Both the position numbers and the translations under genes were made by a program. Under the pieces are notes generated by a model. The model saw only the letters and a program-made list of their open reading frames with translations, was not told the origin of the DNA and made no database searches. Below are positions 7,602 to 14,740 of a DNA stretch of 36,620 nucleotides, piece by piece; position 1 is the first letter of the stretch; each line of letters begins with the position of its first letter. Source of the stretch: a bacterium (lineage in GTDB: Bacteria; Arandabacterota; Arandabacteria; Arandabacterales; JALGWA01). Where the stretch lies: NCBI GenBank assembly GCA_050125095.1, contig JASFEA010000013.1, positions 1 through 36,620 on the forward strand, read 5' to 3'.

Positions 7602-8516
7602 ATGAGTGGGCTTACGATTATAGGTGAGAGAATCAACTACAGCATCGGCCGGATCGGCAGGATGCTCGACGCTCATGACCTGAAGGGCATACGCAAGGTG
7701 GCGCGCATCCAGGAGGAGTGCGGCGCCGATTACATAGACGTGAACGTGGGCCCCCTGTCTCCTGAGGTAATGAGCGACGTTGTGGGCGCCGTTCGGGATG
7801 AGGTCTCCATTCCGCTATGTATAGACAGCACCGACCCGGCTCTGCTTGGGGCCGGCGCCGCCAGATGCGAAGCCGGGGGAAAGGCGGGGCAGCCGGGACC
7901 CATTCTCAACTCCGTGATCGAGTCCAATGCCGGCCGCGTTCTGGCCTTGAGGTCGCGGCTCAAATGCCAGGTTGTGCTCCTCGTGTCGGAGCGGCTATAT
8001 GACGGGTTCCTGGAGAGGAACGTCAATGCCGGGCAGGCCATGGCGACGGCGAGGCGTCTCTTCTCCTTGGCGCGGGAGGCGGGATTCGACCCCGGCGAGA
8101 TCTACATAGACCCGGGGACGCCGCCGGTATCTTCCGATATCGAAGGGCTGGTGAACGCGGCCCTCGAGACCATATCGGCGGTAAGATCCGACCCGCAGAT
8201 GGGAAAGTCTCACGTCCTGATCGGACTGTCCAACTTCACGGCGGGTCTGCCGAAGCAGGTGCGCATGCCGCTGCAGAATGCCTTTCTTACGCTTGCGGTC
8301 GGGAGGGGCCTCGACACGTTGATAGGGGACCCGGCCAGGGAGTACCGCCTTCTGGATCCGGGGGACGAGCACCTGGCCTGGCTCGAGCGCATACTGGCGA
8401 GCGAGGGGACGCGCAGACTCGAGATGCTGACCTCTTATCCTCTATACAGGAGGCCGTCTGGGGCCGATAATGGGAAAGGGCCCTCCGGAGTCGGAGGGCA
8501 TGGGGGCGGACTTTGA
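7602..8516 (+). CDS. Pterin-binding methyltransferase domain (AcsE / MetH methyl-THF-binding domain, DHPS-like fold), stand-alone
   Basis: IIGERIN, Q...GADYIDVNVG, PLCIDS, ILNS, IYIDP, IGLSN, AFL.LA..GLD..I.DP motifs. Confidence 0.85.
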   Translation: MSGLTIIGERINYSIGRIGRMLDAHDLKGIRKVARIQEECGADYIDVNVGPLSPEVMSDVVGAVRDEVSIPLCIDSTDPALLGAGAARCEAGGKAGQPGPILNSVIESNAGRVLALRSRLKCQVVLLVSERLYDGFLERNVNAGQAMATARRLFSLAREAGFDPGEIYIDPGTPPVSSDIEGLVNAALETISAVRSDPQMGKSHVLIGLSNFTAGLPKQVRMPLQNAFLTLAVGRGLDTLIGDPAREYRLLDPGDEHLAWLERILASEGTRRLEMLTSYPLYRRPSGADNGKGPSGVGGHGGGL

Positions 8517-9463
8517 AAGTAATCGAACATCTGGACAGGGCGACCGAGCCCCTCATAAGTTTCGAGATCGTGCCTTTGCAGCGCGGGGGGAAGCTCAAGA
8601 ACCTGCTGCGTGTCCTCGATGATCTCACCGAGTTCAAGCCGCGCTTCATAGACGTCACGAGCCACGCCTCCGACGCGTTCTATGAGGAAACCCCTTCAGG
8701 TATAGAGAGAAAAGTTAAGCGGAAGAGGCCGGGGACGCTGGGCATATGCGCGCTCATCCAGAAGAAGTACGAGATAGACGCCGTGCCCCATGTGTTATGC
8801 GCCAATTTCACGCGCGAGGAGACGGAGGATTTCCTCATCGAGCTGCAGTATCTGGAGATCGAGAACGTGCTTGCTCTGAGGGGCGACCTGCCGAGCTATG
8901 AGAAACCCGTTCAGGACGGGAGGAGCGTCAACCGCTTCGCCGTGGACCTGGTCGAGCAATTGAGCAACATGAACCGGGGCAAGTACCTGGAGGAGCTCCT
9001 CGACGCTGAGCCCAGCGACTTCTGCATAGGCGTGGCGGGCTATCCGGAAAAGCACTACGAAGCCCCTAACCTGCTTACCGACATAAGGCACCTTAAGGCC
9101 AAGGTCGACGCCGGGGCCGAATATATAGTGACCCAGATGTTCTTCGAGAACAGTGCCTACTTCGATTTCGCGGAGAAGTGCCGCGCTGAGGGGATCGAGG
9201 TGCCCATAATACCCGGTCTTAAGGTGGTGAGTTCAAAGCAGCAGCTCACGACCATTCCCCAGACATTCCACGTAGATATACCTTTCGACCTTTCGGAGGA
9301 GATACGCCGGGGGGGCGCCGACAGTGCCCTGGATACCGGGGTCGAATGGACGGCGTCGCAGGCGAGGGAACTCCTTGACCGCGGCGTCCCCGCCATCCAC
9401 TTCTACGTCATAGGGCAGTCCAAGCCCATCCGCGCGGTGATGAAGAAACTGGGGCGCTGCTGA
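8513..9463 (+). CDS. metF: Methylenetetrahydrofolate reductase [NAD(P)H], Bacteroidota-type
   Basis: SFEI.P, FIDVT, KRPGT, VPH, ALRGD, VAGYPEKH.EAP, KVDAGAEYIVTQMFF, IHFY; TTG start overlaps the upstream TGA. Confidence 0.95.
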   Translation: MKVIEHLDRATEPLISFEIVPLQRGGKLKNLLRVLDDLTEFKPRFIDVTSHASDAFYEETPSGIERKVKRKRPGTLGICALIQKKYEIDAVPHVLCANFTREETEDFLIELQYLEIENVLALRGDLPSYEKPVQDGRSVNRFAVDLVEQLSNMNRGKYLEELLDAEPSDFCIGVAGYPEKHYEAPNLLTDIRHLKAKVDAGAEYIVTQMFFENSAYFDFAEKCRAEGIEVPIIPGLKVVSSKQQLTTIPQTFHVDIPFDLSEEIRRGGADSALDTGVEWTASQARELLDRGVPAIHFYVIGQSKPIRAVMKKLGRC

Positions 9464-9486
9464 GCTGTTACTGCGTTGAGGCGTTG

Positions 9487-10632
9487 CTACTGCGCTCTCA
9501 AGAGCGGCCTTATCACATCCAGGTTGAAAGCGAGCAGTATGATCCCCAGAAACATGATGATGATAAGGATCGCCTTGGTGATGTCCTGCGCCTTGATGCT
9601 CCCGAGCAGTGTAGGCTCCCGGGAGAGATACGCGCTCGCGGCAAAGAGCTCTTCGCCCATGAGGGTGTAGTCGCAGGTCGTCACAAAGAACGGGAGCTGC
9701 GTCACATAGGATGTGCCCGCGATCTGTATGGCGCCCGTGCTCTGTCCTGTCTCCGCGAGGATCAGGGACTCGGCGAAGAACGCGCCGATGAGGAAGTTGG
9801 TCGCGGGTCTCTCGCGGACCATCTTGCCCGTCACCGCGGCCGCGTAGGCGAACTGGTCGTAAGTTATGTATGTGACCGTGTCTTCCTTGAACTGGTCGGG
9901 CTTGCCGGCTTCCAGGTACGCTTGCTTGACGTTTTCGCGGGCCGCCGAGAAGGTGAGGGGGTCGATGTTGGGGACTTCGAGCTCGGCCCCGTAGACGGCG
10001 GCCAGCTTGGCGACATAGCCCAGGATGGACAGGCTGGCGATGGTCTGTATCTCGCTCAGGCTGAGGATGCCGGGAATGTAGAGCATCTTCTTTCCCATCT
10101 CGGTGGCGCGTCCCACGGCCTCGTCTATGGCGTTAAGCCCCGGTATCTTGCGTATGTAGAGCTTCTTGCCCTTCTTGGCGGCGTCTACATAGAAGACAAC
10201 CAGCGCGAACATGAGTCCGAACAGCACGAGTGCGTTTATGCGATACGTCCTGAACCAGTTGCTCCTGGCGGCCGCCGGTCCGGCGACGGCCGTCAGGGAA
10301 GTGTCCGTGCCGGTCACGAAGCGAAGGCGGTAGAAATACTCCGCGCCCGTGTCGCCCTCAACGTTGTAGTCGAGGTAAACGCCTTCCGAGGCGATCGTCT
10401 CGCCCGCGGGTTCGAACTCGCCGTCGGCTGACGTGGAACGCATTATGGTGACGAAGACACCGGCGTCGGACTCCCACTCAAGAGTCACGCTTTCCCCGCC
10501 GTCGCTGGGGGTGTCGTAAGCCCTGAGGTTGTTCAGGTCGCCAGTCGAGGCCGATGAGGCGGAGGAGCTCCCCGCCGCGGCTGAGAATACGACAACCGAG
10601 GCGAGTGCCCAGGCGGAGAGCAGGTTCTTCAT
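9487..10632 (-). CDS. Membrane protein: signal peptide, fibronectin type III-like domain, DUF6754-like domain
   Basis: AYDTPSDGGESVTLEW..YFYRL FN3-like region, TM helix, IRKIPGLNAIDEAVGRATEMGK, QLPFFVTTCDYTLMGEELFAASAYLSREP; AAGGAG RBS. Confidence 0.85.
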   Translation of the reverse strand: MKNLLSAWALASVVVFSAAAGSSSASSASTGDLNNLRAYDTPSDGGESVTLEWESDAGVFVTIMRSTSADGEFEPAGETIASEGVYLDYNVEGDTGAEYFYRLRFVTGTDTSLTAVAGPAAARSNWFRTYRINALVLFGLMFALVVFYVDAAKKGKKLYIRKIPGLNAIDEAVGRATEMGKKMLYIPGILSLSEIQTIASLSILGYVAKLAAVYGAELEVPNIDPLTFSAARENVKQAYLEAGKPDQFKEDTVTYITYDQFAYAAAVTGKMVRERPATNFLIGAFFAESLILAETGQSTGAIQIAGTSYVTQLPFFVTTCDYTLMGEELFAASAYLSREPTLLGSIKAQDITKAILIIIMFLGIILLAFNLDVIRPLLRAQ

Positions 10633-10668
10633 CGATGCTCCTTGTGTTGTGCCGGTTTACATTTCGAG

Positions 10669-10697
10669 ACTCTACCAGCCGCGCCTCTGTACGTCAA
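10669..10697 (-). promoter_or_regulatory. sigma70 promoter of the DUF6754-like gene
   Basis: On the - strand: TTGACG, 17-bp spacer, TAGAGT, with an extended -10 TG. Confidence 0.6.
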
Positions 10698-10705
10698 CTG
10701 AAAGA

Positions 10706-10765
10706 GGCGGCTGTGCATCCTGAGACCTGACCCCATGGGGTTGTGCATTTCAAGACCTGACCCCA
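10706..10765. repeat. Two tandem copies of a REP-like unit GGxxxTGTGCATxxxxAGACCTGACCCCA
   Basis: GGCGGCTGTGCATCCTGAGACCTGACCCCA (10706-10735) and GGGGTTGTGCATTTCAAGACCTGACCCCA (10737-10765); the same unit recurs at 23829-23921. Confidence 0.85.
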
Positions 10766-11496
10766 CTATTGTCACCGGCTTGTCTGACGCGATGCCTCTT
10801 GATTATGGAGACCGCCTCCTCGGGGTCGTCGGTGCTCTGGAAGAGGTCGAGGTCTTGCTCGTTCACGGTTCCCTCCGCTATGAGAGAGTTCTTTATGAAA
10901 TTCCTGAGGTGTCCCCAGAAGTCGTTTCCCATGGTGATGATGGGGAAGTGCTCTATCTTGGCGGTTTGCATGAGGGTCGCGGTTTCGAAGACCTCGTCCA
11001 GGGTCCCGAAACCGCCGGGCATGACGATGAAGGCGCAGGAGTACTTGACCAGCATGACCTTGCGGACGAAGAAGTGGTCGAATTCCACGAATTCGTCAAG
11101 ATATGGATTAGGTCCCTGCTCCATGGGAAGCTGGATATTGACGCCGATGCTCTTGCCCCCGGCCTCGCGGGCGCCGCGGTTCGCCGCCTCCATGACCCCC
11201 GGGCCGCCGCCGGTTATGACCGGGAAGCCGGCCTCAGCCACCTTTCTGCCGACCGCCCGAGCGAGGTCGTAGTATTTGTGGCCCTCCTCGAATCGCGCGG
11301 ACCCGAAAATGGTGACGCTCGGGCAGGCGACCTCCAGTGTCTCGAATCCTTTCAGGAATTCCAGGAATATGCGGACGGCGCTTTCCAGGTCCTCGGCCCT
11401 GTCGCGGCGGCCGACGAGGAACCTCGTCTCCAGGTCCCTGGCGTGTCTCAGCAGCCAGAGGTTGTGATCCTGATCCTTATCGCGCGCCTCGGGCAT
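10750..11496 (-). CDS. LOG family (TIGR00730 Rossmann-fold) nucleotide monophosphate nucleosidase
   Basis: VTIFGSAR, ITGGGPGVMEAANRGA, FFVRKVMLVKYS, MPGGFGTLDE motifs. Confidence 0.95.
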   Translation of the reverse strand: MPEARDKDQDHNLWLLRHARDLETRFLVGRRDRAEDLESAVRIFLEFLKGFETLEVACPSVTIFGSARFEEGHKYYDLARAVGRKVAEAGFPVITGGGPGVMEAANRGAREAGGKSIGVNIQLPMEQGPNPYLDEFVEFDHFFVRKVMLVKYSCAFIVMPGGFGTLDEVFETATLMQTAKIEHFPIITMGNDFWGHLRNFIKNSLIAEGTVNEQDLDLFQSTDDPEEAVSIIKRHRVRQAGDNSGVRS

Positions 11497-11623
11497 TGCA
11501 GACCTCCTCGGGTGACAGTTGGAAACGCAAGGTGATTATGGTATGATTAATATGATGTAGATTATCCCATGAAAACTCCGTAAGCAAGGGCCGAGTTGGG
11601 CCCGCTGTGAAAGGAGCAGGTCG

Positions 11624-14260
11624 ATGTCCCGCAGGTCGGTTTACATAGTCATAGCGATCGCCGCCGTGGCGGCCTTCATCTGGGCCGCGATGGAGCCGGC
11701 GAACGAAGGCAGAATCACGACTGAGGAGTCCGTGAGACTGGCCAGGCAGTTTAAGAAGAGCATGAAGGCGGAGTGGGCGGCCCAGGGCAAGCGTTACGAG
11801 CCGGGGGCCTTTCCGAGCGAATGGGCGTGGCGGCAGCGTATCTACCCTTATGACAGGTTCGATTTCGAGCAGCTCAAGCAGGCCGTTGTCCAGGCGCAGG
11901 CCATGCGTATCGCCGCCCGGAAGATGCCGGCGGCCCTGAGCGCTGCATGGGTGGAGAGGGGCCCCACCAATATCGGGGCCCGCGTGAGCGACATCGTATT
12001 CCACCCCGTGAACACCCAGGTAATCTACGCCGCCATCTCGAGCGGGGGAGTGCTTCGCAGCGATGACGGCGGCGCGAGCTGGACTCCCATAACCGACGAC
12101 CTTCCGGTCATCACGATAGGGGCAATAGCCATCGACCCCGAGGACCCGGATGTCATTTATGTGGGCACGGGCGAGGCCAACGCCCAGTCGTTCAGCTGGT
12201 TCGGCATGGGGCTCTATAAGTCCACCGACGCCGGGGCGACCTGGACGTATAAGGGTCTCGAGGAGACGAGATACATCGCGCGCATAGTGGTGGATCCCGC
12301 GAACCCGGAACGCGTCTGGGTCGCGGGGACGGGCGCGCTGTTCGGCACCAACCCGGAACGCGGCATATACAGGTCGCTTGACGCCGGCGAGTCGTGGGAG
12401 CTGGTTCTCGCAGTCAGCGACTCGACGGCAGGCACCGACGTCGCCGTCGATCCGGAGAGGCCGGACACAGTGTACGCGGCCATGTGGGAGAGAGTGCGCG
12501 GGCTCAACTACAGGAAGTCCGCCGGCCATTCCAGCGGCATATACCGGTCGTTCGACGGCGGCGAAACCTGGCATGAGCTGACCACCGGCCTGCCGTCGGG
12601 CTCGGATGTGGGGAGGATCGGCATCTCGGTATGCGAATCCAACCCGGCGGTCATCTACGCGATCTACGCCGATGACCCGGGCTACTTCGCCGGCGTCTTC
12701 AAGTCCGTCAACGGGGGAGACACCTGGACGCAGACGAATGACGAGGACCTTGAGGATCTCTATTCCTCGTTCGGGTGGTACTTCGGGCAGATACGCGTCG
12801 ACCCCGGCAATCCCAATCGCGTTTTCGCGATGGGCGTCCCCGCCTACCGCAGCGAGAACGGGGGGAGCTCCTGGAGCGAAGTCGGGGCCTCCATGCATGT
12901 CGACCATCACGCCATGGACTTCGACCCGACCGATTACAGCCGCATCGTGGAGGGCAATGACGGCGGCATCTACACTTCCACCAATTCGGGGGATTCCTGG
13001 ACCAAGCGATACGACCAGCACACGAACCAGTTCTATGCCATAGAGATCGACTACCAGAACCCCAGCAGGCTCTATGGCGGCACCCAGGACAACGGTACGC
13101 TGAGGACGGTAACGGGCGACCCCGATGACTGGGAGGCCATTTTCGGGGGAGACGGTTTCTACTGCAACGTGGATCCCACGGACTCGGACAAGATCTTCGT
13201 CGAGTATCAGTACGGCAATCTCTATTACTCGGACGACTTCGCAGACTCCTGGCTGAGGGTCATGGACGGCATCAACTCCGGGGACAGGCGGAACTGGTCG
13301 ACGCCGGTGGTCATGGAGCCGGGCAACCCGTCCACCATGTATTACGGCACCTACCGGGTATATAAGACAGTCGACAGGGGCTCGTGGTGGAGCGCCATTA
13401 GCGGCGATCTTACGGGCGGCAACGCCGGGGCCGGATTCGGGACAATAACGACCATCGCGGTCTCCCCGACGGACACCGACGTGATTTACGTGGGCACGGA
13501 CGACTCCAACGTCTGGGTCACCTCCAACGGCGGAGGGGCCTGGACCGATATCTCGGCGACTCTTCCCGACCGCTGGGTCACGCGCGTATTCGTGGACCCG
13601 GCCGATGAGAACCTCGCCTATGTGACCTTCTCAGGTCTGAGATGGGACGAGAACATAGGGTATGTGTATTTCACGGACGACATGGGCGCCACCTGGACGG
13701 ATATCACGGGGAATCTCCCCGCCGCCCCGGTCAACGCCCTCGTGGTGGACCCCGCGCTTACGAGCCGGGTTATTGTGGGTACTGACGTGGGCTGCTTCTA
13801 CTCGGACTGCAGGAACGGCAACTGGCTGCTCTGCGGAACGGGAATGCCTCCCGTGCCGGTATACGACCTCAAGACCCATTCCCCGACCCGCACGCTGGTC
13901 GCCGGGACGCATGGCAGGTCCATGTACTCGCTCGACCTGAGCGGTCTGCCGGACTCGGCGGCGGTCCCGGCCGGAGAGACGGCCGGGGTGATTGACCTGG
14001 TGAACCATCCCAACCCCTTTACGTCAAGCACGACGGTCACTTTCGCGCTGCCGGAGGCCTCCTCGGTCTCCCTGGAGGTGTACGACCTGGCGGGCCGGAA
14101 GGTTAGGACGCTCTCAGCTGGGCGCAGGGGGGCCGGCACCCACAGGGTGACGTGGGACGGGACCAACGAGAGCGGGCGGCGGGTCGCGAGCGGCATATAC
14201 TTCCTGAAGGTCGACACGGCCCAAGGGACGGCCACGAGGCCCCTTAACCTGGTCAGGTAG
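11624..14260 (+). CDS. Secreted BNR/VPS10-like beta-propeller (glycosyl hydrolase-like) protein with C-terminal FlgD-Ig/T9SS type A-like domain
   Basis: Many S.DGG.TW Asp-box repeats, VGTGE, HVDHHA, GGTQDNG, AGTHGRS; C-terminal HPNPF...VYDLAGRKVRTL...WDG..GRRVASGIYF; AAAGGAG RBS. Confidence 0.92.
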   Translation: MSRRSVYIVIAIAAVAAFIWAAMEPANEGRITTEESVRLARQFKKSMKAEWAAQGKRYEPGAFPSEWAWRQRIYPYDRFDFEQLKQAVVQAQAMRIAARKMPAALSAAWVERGPTNIGARVSDIVFHPVNTQVIYAAISSGGVLRSDDGGASWTPITDDLPVITIGAIAIDPEDPDVIYVGTGEANAQSFSWFGMGLYKSTDAGATWTYKGLEETRYIARIVVDPANPERVWVAGTGALFGTNPERGIYRSLDAGESWELVLAVSDSTAGTDVAVDPERPDTVYAAMWERVRGLNYRKSAGHSSGIYRSFDGGETWHELTTGLPSGSDVGRIGISVCESNPAVIYAIYADDPGYFAGVFKSVNGGDTWTQTNDEDLEDLYSSFGWYFGQIRVDPGNPNRVFAMGVPAYRSENGGSSWSEVGASMHVDHHAMDFDPTDYSRIVEGNDGGIYTSTNSGDSWTKRYDQHTNQFYAIEIDYQNPSRLYGGTQDNGTLRTVTGDPDDWEAIFGGDGFYCNVDPTDSDKIFVEYQYGNLYYSDDFADSWLRVMDGINSGDRRNWSTPVVMEPGNPSTMYYGTYRVYKTVDRGSWWSAISGDLTGGNAGAGFGTITTIAVSPTDTDVIYVGTDDSNVWVTSNGGGAWTDISATLPDRWVTRVFVDPADENLAYVTFSGLRWDENIGYVYFTDDMGATWTDITGNLPAAPVNALVVDPALTSRVIVGTDVGCFYSDCRNGNWLLCGTGMPPVPVYDLKTHSPTRTLVAGTHGRSMYSLDLSGLPDSAAVPAGETAGVIDLVNHPNPFTSSTTVTFALPEASSVSLEVYDLAGRKVRTLSAGRRGAGTHRVTWDGTNESGRRVASGIYFLKVDTAQGTATRPLNLVR

Positions 14261-14280
14261 CGCGGCCTGCAGTTTCCCGC

Positions 14281-14308
14281 TTGCATTTCATGGCCATTCG
14301 TGTAATAT
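14281..14308 (+). promoter_or_regulatory. Putative sigma70 promoter of the histone gene
   Basis: TTGCAT (14281-14286), 16-bp spacer, TAATAT (14303-14308). Confidence 0.5.
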
Positions 14309-14372
14309 TGTCGCACAGGCTGCTGGTTTGCTGTTTTGAAAGGATACGAGGCCCGGGAAAAGGAGGTTTGAC

Positions 14373-14558
14373 ATGGGTGAAGATGTTCTCGTAGTGGTTT
14401 CGAAACTCAAGGCCTACATAAAGTCATCGGCCGGGATGAACACTTCCGGGAACGTGGCTCCCAAGCTTTCGGCAATCGTCCGTTCCCTGTGTGACCGCGC
14501 CGTTGAGAACGCGAAGAGCGACGGCCGCAAGACCGTCATGGACAGGGACTTCGATTAG
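14373..14558 (+). CDS. Bacterial histone (Bd0055/HBb-type singlet histone-fold protein)
   Basis: 61 aa with strong AGGAGG RBS; VLVVVSKLKAYIK..GMNTS...LS..V..LC..AVE.AK.DGRKTVM.RD matches the recalled pattern of B. bacteriovorus Bd0055, including the histone RKTV..RD motif. Confidence 0.9.
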   Translation: MGEDVLVVVSKLKAYIKSSAGMNTSGNVAPKLSAIVRSLCDRAVENAKSDGRKTVMDRDFD

Positions 14559-14566
14559 AAGCCTGG

Positions 14567-14610
14567 AGAACGGGGACAGACGCTCATTTTTAAGTGGCTG
14601 TCCCTTTTCT
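14567..14610 (+). terminator. Hairpin terminator or GGGACAG...CTGTCCC REP-like palindrome after the histone gene
   Basis: GGGACAG(A)CGCT pairs with AGTG(G)CTGTCCC (14573-14604), followed by TTTTCT. Confidence 0.6.
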
Positions 14611-14740
14611 GCGCCCTACCCGGCCGCCGGCCTGGCGGCCGGCCGGGCGGATTTTGGGGTGGTTTAAGGCCGCCTCATATGTTATCTTGCCGGGGAGTTT
14701 TAAGGGCCGAATCCGCAGCATCACTCTGTCTGGATTGAAT

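Noticed and set aside
9458-9463. metF ending in Cys-TGA as a possible C-terminal Cys-Sec
   Set aside because: The MetF domain is complete, no SECIS-like hairpin follows, and read-through would run into the convergent gene.
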